A stretch of 64,000 nucleotides of DNA from the NCBI GenBank assembly GCA_964465145.1, contig CAYXJR010000001.1, forward strand, positions 23,663 to 87,662. The letters are read 5' to 3'. Positions within the stretch are counted from its first letter, which is position 1. Each line of letters begins with the position of its first letter. The position numbers and the translations under genes are program-made. The DNA is from an uncultured Porphyromonadaceae bacterium. Its GTDB lineage: Bacteria > Bacteroidota > Bacteroidia > Bacteroidales > UBA12481. Below, piece by piece: positions 51,095 to 60,692 of this stretch. The notes under the pieces are model-generated. The model ran no database searches and was not told the origin of the DNA. It saw nothing but the letters and a program-made list of their open reading frames with translations.

Positions 51095-53354
51095 AACACG
51101 CAGACATATTATAGTTATATTTTTCTGTTTTCTGGCAGCAGGAGCCAATTCTCAGAACCCTTCTCCTAAAGGTGTAAACAATTATCGTGAAACCGTTTGG
51201 CTGTCCAGCGATCGTCATTTATATCTTTCAGGTGAAGACATACGATTCGATGCAAAGGTATTAGAGCAAGATAGCTACCTGCGATCACAATTGAGTCACA
51301 ACCTAAGGATTGAACTCTTAGATTCAAAAGGGCTGCCTGTCAGCCTGCAAAACCTGATATTAAAAGACGCAGGGGTGACTGGCTCCTTTATACTTCCTAC
51401 TGAAGCTCAAACCGGATGGTATTATATCAGGGCATACACAAACTGGATGCGAAATAATCCATCTTCCGAATTTGGCCTGCTGGCTGTGAAAGTTGTTAAT
51501 CCCCAAAGCATGGACCTGGGTAAAATGCAACAAAAAGCTGAAAAAATCAGGATAAACCTGTATCCAAATGGAAGGGAAACAGGGCTTTTTGCAGGACCGG
51601 ATGAAAGCCATGGGGTTCAACTCAAAGGATGGCTAATCAATTCTATTGGCGACAGCCTGATTTCCTTTACAACACACCCATCCGGCTGGACTTACCTTGA
51701 AAAAAAATTAGCTGATAACGAGCAATATAGAATTAAGCTGGAAGGATTTTCCGGGGATCAATATTATGACCAAGCAATTATTAAAAAAAATGCTGCCACT
51801 ACTCTTGATCTTAATAAAAAAGGAGAATTTATAGAGGTAGAAATTTCCGGTGAAACACCTCCCGGATTAGATCCCATAAAACTCATAATACACCAGTCCT
51901 ATACCCTATACTGGGAATCGGAAGAAATCCAGCAGGGTCAGGCCCTGATACGAATCCCGGCCAACATCCTGCCTGTGGGAATTGTTCAATTCTCCCTCCT
52001 CGGTAAAAATGATCAACTAATCGCCAAAAGACTGTGGTCAGAATTTAACACCGATACCATAGATATCAATTTATCATCGATGGTGGAGGATTCCCTGGAA
52101 CTGAGAAATCCATATACCTTAAACTTCTCCGATTTGTCAGATTCGAATGACTTATGCATTTTTATTGGTCTTGATGAGCCAAATCATCCTTTGAAAAACT
52201 TTATCCCAGGCTTACCCGGATGGAATTGCACCTCAAGGATCCCAAATGATTTAAATGCTTTTAATGGCTGGTTACTCGGTAATTCCTACCCTGATGATGT
52301 AGTATATTCCATCCAGGAGGCCAATCGGGATGAAGCTCCAAAAGCGATAATATATTTACCGGAGACACGCTCAGGAGTCATCAGCGGCAAAGTGATCAAC
52401 CAACAAACCGGCGTTGGGATTGAAGATATTGGAATTTGCATTACTGTACTCAATAACAACTACTTTGAGGGCACAACAACGAATGAGGACGGAATCTTTC
52501 ATTTTGCTCTGCCTGGTCAAAACGGGGCTACCGATTACATACTTAATTTTACATCACAATCGGATTCGACTGCGCAAATAGTAGTAAGCCCAATGTTTGC
52601 ATCCCCTCTGGCGGAAACCCTTCCCTCCTTCAGTTTAAGCGAAAATGAGCTTGTGTATTTGCAGGGCCATAGTATAAACTTGCAACTTCAGAGAATTTAT
52701 AGGGTTCTGCCTGATTTCCCAGCGCCAATCATTGATTCGATTCTGGTTAGAAAGACATTCTTCCATCCTCCTGATTACACAATTGTTTTAGAAGATTTTA
52801 TTAAACTGGCCAATATTAAGGAGGTGATTTATGAGGTTGTTCCAAATGTGGCCGTCAGGAAGAGGAATGGCCATGAATACCTAAAAGTATTCAGTACTAA
52901 TCCATTTCCAGACGATTATGAAACACTTGTTCTTCTCGATGGAATACCACTCGGGAGCCAAAAAGATTTACTCGAACTTTCACCTGACCGGATTGAAAAA
53001 ATTGAAGTAAAAAATAAACTATATATCCATGGCAGGAACATTTACTCAGCTATCGTCAACTTTGTATCTCCAAACCGGGATTATGCAGGCTTGGATCTGC
53101 CTGAAAATTCCATTTTATCTACGCTAAACCTTCCCTCAAGAATGTCCCAGAGTGATCCCCCCGGAGAAATGGATTCTTCAACTCTTCCATTATTGGAGAA
53201 CACTCTTTATTGGAGATCCGACAATTATTCAAAAAGAGGGAAAGTCGATTTTTACACCAACGACCTTACCGACCCATTCCAAATATTGATTTATGGCTTT
53301 GATAAGCAGGGCAAATGGGTATTTGGAAGTCAAGAGATTCCTGTTGGGAAATAG
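51084..53354 (+). CDS. MG2/plug-like secreted protein of the DUF4249 operon
   Basis: ETVWLSSDR.LYLSGE.I.F, G.YYIRAYTNWMRN, LLDGIP, TLYW. Confidence 0.7.
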   Translation: MGIRTRRHIIVIFFCFLAAGANSQNPSPKGVNNYRETVWLSSDRHLYLSGEDIRFDAKVLEQDSYLRSQLSHNLRIELLDSKGLPVSLQNLILKDAGVTGSFILPTEAQTGWYYIRAYTNWMRNNPSSEFGLLAVKVVNPQSMDLGKMQQKAEKIRINLYPNGRETGLFAGPDESHGVQLKGWLINSIGDSLISFTTHPSGWTYLEKKLADNEQYRIKLEGFSGDQYYDQAIIKKNAATTLDLNKKGEFIEVEISGETPPGLDPIKLIIHQSYTLYWESEEIQQGQALIRIPANILPVGIVQFSLLGKNDQLIAKRLWSEFNTDTIDINLSSMVEDSLELRNPYTLNFSDLSDSNDLCIFIGLDEPNHPLKNFIPGLPGWNCTSRIPNDLNAFNGWLLGNSYPDDVVYSIQEANRDEAPKAIIYLPETRSGVISGKVINQQTGVGIEDIGICITVLNNNYFEGTTTNEDGIFHFALPGQNGATDYILNFTSQSDSTAQIVVSPMFASPLAETLPSFSLSENELVYLQGHSINLQLQRIYRVLPDFPAPIIDSILVRKTFFHPPDYTIVLEDFIKLANIKEVIYEVVPNVAVRKRNGHEYLKVFSTNPFPDDYETLVLLDGIPLGSQKDLLELSPDRIEKIEVKNKLYIHGRNIYSAIVNFVSPNRDYAGLDLPENSILSTLNLPSRMSQSDPPGEMDSSTLPLLENTLYWRSDNYSKRGKVDFYTNDLTDPFQILIYGFDKQGKWVFGSQEIPVGK

Positions 53355-53582
53355 GCCAAGCTTATCAAACAGATTTTATATGTATCATCGGGAATGAGAT
53401 TACTTCATCAGTGCATTTCACTGCTCTTAGGGTTAAAAACAACTTCTCTGCAAACAGTATAATTGAGGATTTCCAGGCAGGTAATTTAAAAGGCTATGAT
53501 CTGCCCAAACCGGTGTTTGCTGAATAGTTAATTTTTCAATATCTATTTGTACCTTTATGTTTTAATAATTAAGCCTAAACCC

Positions 53583-56381
53583 ATGAAAATCAAACTGAGT
53601 TTTTTATTTGCTGCAGCATTTCTATTTTTTGCAGCATGTTCCACAACAAAAAGTGATCTTAATATCCCTTTTGAAAAGTATACACTTGACAATGGCCTGG
53701 AAGTAATCCTGCACCAGGATCTTTCCGATCCCATCGTAGCATTGACAACCCAGTTCCATGTGGGATCCAACCGTGAGACAGTAGGCCGTACTGGTTTTGC
53801 CCATCTCTTTGAACATATTATGTTTCAACGATCGGAGAATGTGCCTGAAGACCAGTTTTTTAAGATTATTCAGGATGCTGGAGGGACGTTGAATGGCGGG
53901 ACAGGTAATGATGCGACCACTTATTTTGAGGTGGTTCCTAAAAATGCACTGGAGAAGATCCTCTGGCTTGAATCCGACCGTATGGGATTTCTGAGGAATA
54001 CCATCACACAGAAAACTTTTGCAATTCAGCAAAATGTTGTTCAGAATGAAAAACGCCAGAGTGTCGACAATTCCGCCTACGGATTCACCGGCATGGTTAT
54101 TGCCCAAAACCTCTATCCCAAGGGGCATCCATATAGCTGGACTGTTATCGGTGAGACAAGCGACCTGGCCAATGCCACCCTGGAAGATGTAAAAGCATTT
54201 CACAGCAAGTTTTATGTGCCCAATAATGCCACCCTGGTTTTAGCTGGTGACTTTGATGTTGCTGAGGCTAAAACTCTGATTGAGAAGTACTTTGGGGAGA
54301 TTCCGGCTGGTCCGGACCTGGAAGATCCCGTAGCCCTGCCGGTGAAGCTGGAACAGACAAAAAAACTCTTTCATGAAGATAATTTCGCACGTGCTCCCCA
54401 ATTACGTATGACTTGGCCAACCATAGAGGACTATACACCCGACAGCTACGCTCTTAGCTACCTTGGACAGTTACTCTCAAGCGGGAAAGATGCTCCCCTT
54501 TACAAAGTATTGGTTAAGGACAAAAAACTCACATCCTCCGCCCGTGCTTCTAACCGGAGCCAGGAAATTGCCGGCACGTTTGGCGTTTCTGTAACTGCCA
54601 ATGAAGGGGTCAGTCTCAAGGATGTTGAGAGTGCGGTATTTGAAGCTTTTGCGCTTTTTGAAAAAGAAGGTTTTTCTGATGAGGATGTTGAACGTATAAA
54701 GGCGGGATTGGAAACTTCTTTTTACAGCGGGATAGGCAGTATTCTTGGAAAATCAAGGCAATTGGCAACTTTCAATGAATATGCAGGATCTCCGGATTTC
54801 TATAAAACAGATATTGAGCGGATGAAAGCTGTCACCAGAGATGATATCCTTGGTGTTTATAAAAAATATATTCAGGATAAGCCCTACCTGGCAACCAGTT
54901 TTGTACCCAGGGGACAGATAGATCTTATTGCGGAAGGTTCTGTGAATGCCGGTGTTGTGGAGGAAGATATTATGCATGCATCGGAGGTGGCGATTGCCGG
55001 GGATACTGAGGAGGCTTTCGAAAGGACCCCCTACTCATTCGACCGGTCGGTTATGCCTGATTCAGGGCCTGACCCAGACATCAATCTGCCTGTGATCTGG
55101 AAGGATAAGCTGGATAATGGCATGGGTGTTTACGGAATTGAGCAGACTGAATTACCCCTGGTAAATTTCACAATTACTATTAGGGGCGGGCAATTTCTTC
55201 AGGATCCTGAAAAAGCAGGAGTAGCAAGCCTAACGGCACAATTGATGAATGAAGGGACTAAGAGCAAAACCCCGCTTGAGCTCGAAGAGGCAATCGACCT
55301 TTTGGGCGCCCGCATCAGGATTTCAGCTTCAAGCAACGAAATTATGGTTAGCGGTAATTCCCTGGTTCGCAATTTTGAAAAAACACTGGCCCTCGTTGAA
55401 GAAATGTTGCTTGAGCCCCGCTGGGACGCTGAAGAATTTGATCTGGCCAAAATGCAGGTACTGAATTCGCTGAAGCGAATGAAAGCCAGTCCGAATGTAT
55501 TAGCTTCACAAGAGTTACAAAAACTGGTGTACGGCGAAGGGCATATCTTTGCTATCAATGGCAGCGGCACTGAAGAATCGGTCAATGTAATCACGCTGGA
55601 TGACCTGAAGGCCTTTTACGGTGACAATTTCTCGCCCAGCGTGGCCAATTTCCATATTGCAGGACAAATTTCAAAGGATGAGGTAATGGCTTCACTCCAG
55701 GGCCTTTCTCAAAAGTGGATGGCCAAAGAGGTGATTTTCCCCGACTACCCAATGCCAATGGCGCCGGAAAAATCTGTTTTACACTTCATCGATGTTCCTG
55801 GCGCAAAGCAATCGGTCATCAATATAGGATGTGCCGGGCTTACCCGCTTCAATCCCGACTATTTTGCCTGCCAGGTGATGAACAACAAGCTGGGGGGATC
55901 TTTTAACGGATGGGTCAACATGGTGCTCCGTGAGGAGAAAGGGTTTACATACGGGGCCCGCACCGGGTTTTCAGGAAATTCCGTTGCAGGGATCTTTACT
56001 GCATCATCAAGTGTACGTTCATCTGCTACTGAAGAATCAGTGAAAATTTTCCACGACCTGATGGCCAAATACAGGGAGGGTATCACACAGGAGGATCTTG
56101 ATTTCACAAAAAACTCATTGTTGAAGTCTTATGCACGGCAGTTTGAAACCCTTCGTGCTCTAGTAGGCATGCTGGAGGACATCAGCATGTATGACCTGCC
56201 AAATGATTATGTAAGAACAGAGCAAACCACCATAAGAAATATGACCCTCGATGAGCACAAAAGACTAGCCCAAAAATACATTGATCCTGACAGGATGTAT
56301 TATGTAATTGCCGGCGATGCAGAAACTCAGGCAGGGACTTTGATGAAGATGGATTTTGCGGAGATAGTGGTGGAGAAGTAG
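53583..56381 (+). CDS. M16-family zinc metallopeptidase (pitrilysin/PqqL-like) lipoprotein
   Basis: GRTGFAHLFEH inverted zinc motif, LESDRMG, LREEKGFTYG; lipobox FAAC. Confidence 0.92.
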   Translation: MKIKLSFLFAAAFLFFAACSTTKSDLNIPFEKYTLDNGLEVILHQDLSDPIVALTTQFHVGSNRETVGRTGFAHLFEHIMFQRSENVPEDQFFKIIQDAGGTLNGGTGNDATTYFEVVPKNALEKILWLESDRMGFLRNTITQKTFAIQQNVVQNEKRQSVDNSAYGFTGMVIAQNLYPKGHPYSWTVIGETSDLANATLEDVKAFHSKFYVPNNATLVLAGDFDVAEAKTLIEKYFGEIPAGPDLEDPVALPVKLEQTKKLFHEDNFARAPQLRMTWPTIEDYTPDSYALSYLGQLLSSGKDAPLYKVLVKDKKLTSSARASNRSQEIAGTFGVSVTANEGVSLKDVESAVFEAFALFEKEGFSDEDVERIKAGLETSFYSGIGSILGKSRQLATFNEYAGSPDFYKTDIERMKAVTRDDILGVYKKYIQDKPYLATSFVPRGQIDLIAEGSVNAGVVEEDIMHASEVAIAGDTEEAFERTPYSFDRSVMPDSGPDPDINLPVIWKDKLDNGMGVYGIEQTELPLVNFTITIRGGQFLQDPEKAGVASLTAQLMNEGTKSKTPLELEEAIDLLGARIRISASSNEIMVSGNSLVRNFEKTLALVEEMLLEPRWDAEEFDLAKMQVLNSLKRMKASPNVLASQELQKLVYGEGHIFAINGSGTEESVNVITLDDLKAFYGDNFSPSVANFHIAGQISKDEVMASLQGLSQKWMAKEVIFPDYPMPMAPEKSVLHFIDVPGAKQSVINIGCAGLTRFNPDYFACQVMNNKLGGSFNGWVNMVLREEKGFTYGARTGFSGNSVAGIFTASSSVRSSATEESVKIFHDLMAKYREGITQEDLDFTKNSLLKSYARQFETLRALVGMLEDISMYDLPNDYVRTEQTTIRNMTLDEHKRLAQKYIDPDRMYYVIAGDAETQAGTLMKMDFAEIVVEK

Positions 56382-56439
56382 GGAGGTGGGGACTTAGGGA
56401 CGACATAAGTTACTTAAATATGATTTCTCCTGAGTCTTT

Positions 56440-56776
56440 CTTAATGAGCACAAGGTTGGTGCTCTTGTTTGCCGGCTGGCTGTACTAGATGATTCTCAAC
56501 TGGTGGCCTTGAATTTGCCTGATAGGGAACTTGATATAGAAAAAGCTTCGGTCCAATTCCTGGATCAGGATGGCAAGATCACCAAAGAAATCCCATTGGT
56601 GATCAAACTGCTGCCTTAAAGTGTTTAACGCCCAACGTTTCATCGACATGACCAATGGAAAAATCAAGTACTATTATACTGAACAAAACAATCCGATATC
56701 GGATAAGTTAAAAAATCTCACCCATCAACTTACACCAGAGGATAACCCGGTGATTATGCTTGTAAAACTTAGGTGA
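56440..56776 (+). pseudogene. 3' remnant of an unknown gene
   Basis: Two abutting protein-like frames (DSQLVALNLP.. and VFNAQRFIDMTNGKIKYYY..MLVKLR*) without a start. Confidence 0.35.
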
Positions 56777-56935
56777 TTTTTACTATTTCAATCAAAAAAT
56801 ATAATATCAGTTTTTGAAAGATTTACGATCCAGGACTCACAATTCACGATCTACCGAGTATCCGAGTCACTGAATCACAGAGTATCCGAGTCTCCCCTCT
56901 CCGCGTCCCTACGGCCCCCGTGTCCCTCCTTCCCT

Positions 56936-58678
56936 TCAAATTCCCCAATTGACCAGTCGATTATCTTTTGGAGCGGTTTTCCTTAACCGCTCCCTTATTT
57001 TATCATTATACATCCAGTTATAACGTAATCTTGAAATGGCATTGGGCTGGTCATGGTCGCCATTCCAGCAGTGCTCGCATCTGTCGCCGTAGTCGACCTC
57101 ACCACCGTAATAGGGATCAGTTGTGCTTTCCAGAAATTCCTCCATCAGCATAACAGCATTATTCAGGTAGTAATTATCCATATCACCGCAGTAAATATGA
57201 ATCTTACCTTTCAGCTTGGGCCCAAGGGTTTCCCAATCACGTTCCAGGATATACCTGAGATCATAATTCTCCTTCCAATATTCAGCAACTTCCTTATCAA
57301 TCTCTCCTGATAATTTATCCCATATCGGTTTTGGATATCCATTATCATCCATAGGGCTGTAAACGGCCTGCCAGATATCCCATTGTCCTCCCGAGCGGCT
57401 GTTGGTGCCAAGCACTAGTTCCATGATATTTGAATCCTCGATAGTCGAACTGACATGTCCCAGGTAATTGCGATGGCCTGGCCTTGCAGTTCGCTTAAAC
57501 TCGCTGTCGAGATAGTAGGCATTGTTATCTTCGTATATATCTACTACCGTATAAGCTCTGAAATCTATGGGGTCCGGGCAAGCAGCAAAGCAAGCATTAA
57601 ACTCATCCGGGTAGAGAACCTGAACAGCCAGAGCTTCCCAACCACCTGTTGAGCCCCCGTAGGTAAAGCGTCCCCAACCTTCACCAACACAATTGAACTT
57701 ATCTTCAATTACCGGCAGAAGTTCATACATTATGGCATCACCATATGGGCCGATATTGGCTGAATTAACAGCATAGGAGTCATCATAATAAGGATTCTGG
57801 TGCTGAATCTCAATGATCACATAACGGGGAAAATCAGGAGAGATCCAATTCTGATAAAACCCGAAAGCTTCTTTTTGCTGAATATAACTATAACCGGTTA
57901 TGCCAAACCTCGAATTGAAGATTGTATCATTAGGATCAGCATCGGGAGGGGCAGTCCGGAACCCACCGAATGAATAAGGAAAATGTCCTTGAAAAACAAA
58001 CAATGGATATTGGGTTTCAGAGTCAGGATCAAATCCAAAAGGGGCTAAAACATTGGCTTGCAAGTACATTGGCCTGCCCCAGAATTCAGATAATTTTTCA
58101 CTTTTAATTTTAATGTGCTGAATAAATTCGGTGTCTTCAGGCGGCTCTATCGGAGGGATGACCTGATCCAGTTCCAAATTTATTGTTGGTTGTGACCCTG
58201 ATTCTACACTAATCGCTATTGGTTCAGAAAAAAGGTTCCCGGGCGAGCTATTCCACTGCTGCCCCTCCCCCTGGTCCATATGCATTTTTACAGTATGACC
58301 TGTTGACAGATTAAAAGTTTCATATAGGTTGAGAATAACCTGTACATAATATTCTCCTGGGGGAATCTCAGAAAGGTCCCTGATCGGATATCCCAGGCTG
58401 GAACAGTCAAAATCGATGGATCTACCAGGTTTCCATGCTTCAACATCCATTCCAAATACCAATTGAGTTCCTGCCCCGTCGGAGATCTGGAAACGTGGCT
58501 CCTGGCGATCATTGGAAGAGAGAAGGAATATCAGGCGGCCATCAATTGTTTCGGCATCGACTGATTCCGGTAGAAGAACTGAAATTTGCCATTTCTCCTC
58601 TGAGCTGGTGCAAGAGTTCAAAGACAAGGATATCAAAACAAAAGGAAGAATAATTGGGATAATTCGGAAAAATTTCAT
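56936..58678 (-). CDS. Putative esterase (alpha/beta hydrolase) lipoprotein
   Basis: GGSTGGW, YYDDSYAVNS, GDMDNYYLN. Start moved to MKFFR at 58678, because the upstream extension is a translated tandem repeat. Confidence 0.8.
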   Translation of the reverse strand: MKFFRIIPIILPFVLISLSLNSCTSSEEKWQISVLLPESVDAETIDGRLIFLLSSNDRQEPRFQISDGAGTQLVFGMDVEAWKPGRSIDFDCSSLGYPIRDLSEIPPGEYYVQVILNLYETFNLSTGHTVKMHMDQGEGQQWNSSPGNLFSEPIAISVESGSQPTINLELDQVIPPIEPPEDTEFIQHIKIKSEKLSEFWGRPMYLQANVLAPFGFDPDSETQYPLFVFQGHFPYSFGGFRTAPPDADPNDTIFNSRFGITGYSYIQQKEAFGFYQNWISPDFPRYVIIEIQHQNPYYDDSYAVNSANIGPYGDAIMYELLPVIEDKFNCVGEGWGRFTYGGSTGGWEALAVQVLYPDEFNACFAACPDPIDFRAYTVVDIYEDNNAYYLDSEFKRTARPGHRNYLGHVSSTIEDSNIMELVLGTNSRSGGQWDIWQAVYSPMDDNGYPKPIWDKLSGEIDKEVAEYWKENYDLRYILERDWETLGPKLKGKIHIYCGDMDNYYLNNAVMLMEEFLESTTDPYYGGEVDYGDRCEHCWNGDHDQPNAISRLRYNWMYNDKIRERLRKTAPKDNRLVNWGI

Positions 58679-58740
58679 GGCGACAAGGATTTGATTTTCA
58701 AATAAAGATAAGAAAAGACGGGGAAAACACCAGCACCTTA

Positions 58741-58789
58741 CAACCAACAACCTGCAACCAACAACCTGCAACCAACAACCTGCAACCTG
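58741..58789. repeat. 14-bp tandem repeat CAACCAACAACCTG x3
   Basis: Three exact copies at 58741-58782 plus a partial copy. Confidence 0.85.
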
Positions 58790-58890
58790 ATAATCTTCCT
58801 AAAAACTAGTGACAGAACAATATTTTCTTTATTATTTTTGTTTAGCTCATATTATGAGGTAAAGAACTGTCTAACTCAATTTAAGAAAAT

Positions 58891-59550
58891 ATGAAGAATC
58901 CTAAGAAGTTCTTTTATAATTGCATGTCTTTCTGTTTCCTATTTACCATTGCATCTATAATACTATTAGTGGATAGTTCCTGTGAAAAAAATGGTTTACT
59001 CGAGTCAAACAATCCAGAAAAATACTATCCACTCTCGGTAGGAAATTTCTGGGTTTACGAATCCTCTTATACGACGAATGGAGGGAACAAAGCATCAATT
59101 GGAACAGATAGTATTGTGGTAAAAAAAGACACCATTATGAGGGGTCAAACTTATTACCTTGTTGAAGGGACCTTTTTGGGCAACAGGCCATATAAGGAGT
59201 ATCTGACCTATGTAAAACAGCGGGTAATTAGTATAAATGGGAAGGTTTGGTTTGAAGGTACAGATTTCGGTAGTATTGTCAATTCCTATGCCTCAGTGAT
59301 CGGACAAGATACAAGTTATAGCGAGAAATTCTATATGGAGAGGCCAGGGTTAGGAGTAAGTGTACCGGCCGGAAAATTTGAAACATTGGCTTTGGTTGGG
59401 ATCTATAAGAACCCCACTGTTTCTGACCAGGTTAATATACATGCTGAATGGCATTATGCCAAGGATATTGGTCTTATTAGAGTATTTTCAGACTATATCA
59501 CCGCCAAATACATAATTGAGATGGATCTGGTTGAATATCATGTTGAGTGA
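58891..59550 (+). CDS. Hypothetical lipoprotein
   Basis: SSCEK, YYPLSVGNFWVY, VSVPAGKF, YAKDIGLI; TAnnTTTG at 58833. Confidence 0.7.
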   Translation: MKNPKKFFYNCMSFCFLFTIASIILLVDSSCEKNGLLESNNPEKYYPLSVGNFWVYESSYTTNGGNKASIGTDSIVVKKDTIMRGQTYYLVEGTFLGNRPYKEYLTYVKQRVISINGKVWFEGTDFGSIVNSYASVIGQDTSYSEKFYMERPGLGVSVPAGKFETLALVGIYKNPTVSDQVNIHAEWHYAKDIGLIRVFSDYITAKYIIEMDLVEYHVE

Positions 59551-59706
59551 TGAGTAAAAAGACGTAGGGCACCCAATCGAGTCGGGATCTCCACTTTGCT
59601 CCAACAAGACGTAAGACACTTCTTCCAGCATCAGATATCAGAGTCTCCGGGTATATGAGGTTCCTTGTCCCCTTTTTCCCCTGTCCCATGTCCAGTGTCC
59701 CCGCTA

Positions 59707-60477
59707 TTAAAACCTCAACGACAAACAACTTAAGCCGCCATCCAATTTGCGAAATTCTGATACATCAACTTCGATGATATCATAGCCGGCATCAATAATC
59801 TTTTGCCGTGATTCGGGATAGCCCTCTGGTATTATAACTTTATCATTGACCCAGATGCAATTGGCCGCATAGCTTTCATCCTCAGTGATTTCAACAATAT
59901 TGAACCTGCTGAACTCCTGATTATCAAGAAATTCCCCGCAAACGAGCAGGTTGCTATTTTCCAAATAGGACATGCCTGTCTTTAAGTGCAGCACCTTTTC
60001 AAGCTTTATCATGGAGCCTGTCATTCCATGCTTGTTTAAAATCCCAATGACTTGCCCTGCCCCGTGTAAATTGGTCCGCTCTGATAAACCAATGTAATAA
60101 TGATTCCCAGCCATCATAATATCTCCCGCTTCAATAGTCCCGGGGGAAATAATTTCTTCAATATCAGTATAGAATTCCTGGATTACTGTCTTCATTCCAG
60201 CGATTTCACCCCTCCTGGATAAGGCTCCTGGATTTGTGATAATCGCACAATAAGGAGTTAATAAGGCCGTGTCTTCAACAAAAACTGAATCAGGGAAAGA
60301 CTCATCTGCCGGCAATACCCTGACATCAAGCCCACAGCTTATTAATGCATTGATATATTCTTTATGCTGAACCACTGCTTTATCGTAATCGGGGATGCCC
60401 AGATTAGCTTCAGTAAGGCCATTTATCATGCTCTCTCCCGGTTTCCTGACTATAGCTTTTGAAAACATTTTGTCCAT
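59707..60477 (-). CDS. ddaH: Dimethylarginine dimethylaminohydrolase (amidinotransferase family)
   Basis: AIVRKP, FPDSVFVED, SRRGE, LHLKTG, YAANC, SEFRKLDGGLSCLSLRF. Confidence 0.9.
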   Translation of the reverse strand: MDKMFSKAIVRKPGESMINGLTEANLGIPDYDKAVVQHKEYINALISCGLDVRVLPADESFPDSVFVEDTALLTPYCAIITNPGALSRRGEIAGMKTVIQEFYTDIEEIISPGTIEAGDIMMAGNHYYIGLSERTNLHGAGQVIGILNKHGMTGSMIKLEKVLHLKTGMSYLENSNLLVCGEFLDNQEFSRFNIVEITEDESYAANCIWVNDKVIIPEGYPESRQKIIDAGYDIIEVDVSEFRKLDGGLSCLSLRF

Positions 60478-60657
60478 CAATAAAATTCCTAATCTTGGTA
60501 AACCTTAGTGTGTACTTTGTATTCCTTTGTGTAAATAATTCTTAACAAAAAGGGCTCTATGTATTTCACAAAGGTACACAATGGACTTATTATCCAAATT
60601 GGCAATAAACAGGACATTTTGGAGATTAAAGTTATTATAGCCTGAATTATTAAATAT

Positions 60658-60665
60658 TAAATTTG
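60658..60665 (+). promoter_or_regulatory. Bacteroidota -7 promoter element
   Basis: TAAATTTG, 27 nt before ATG 60693. Confidence 0.45.
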
Positions 60666-60692
60666 ATAGATTATAAATCAAACTTGAATTCT

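Noticed and set aside
58679-58771. N-terminal extension MQVVGCRLLVV of the esterase
   Set aside because: It is the translation of the 14-bp tandem repeat; the signal peptide starts at 58678.
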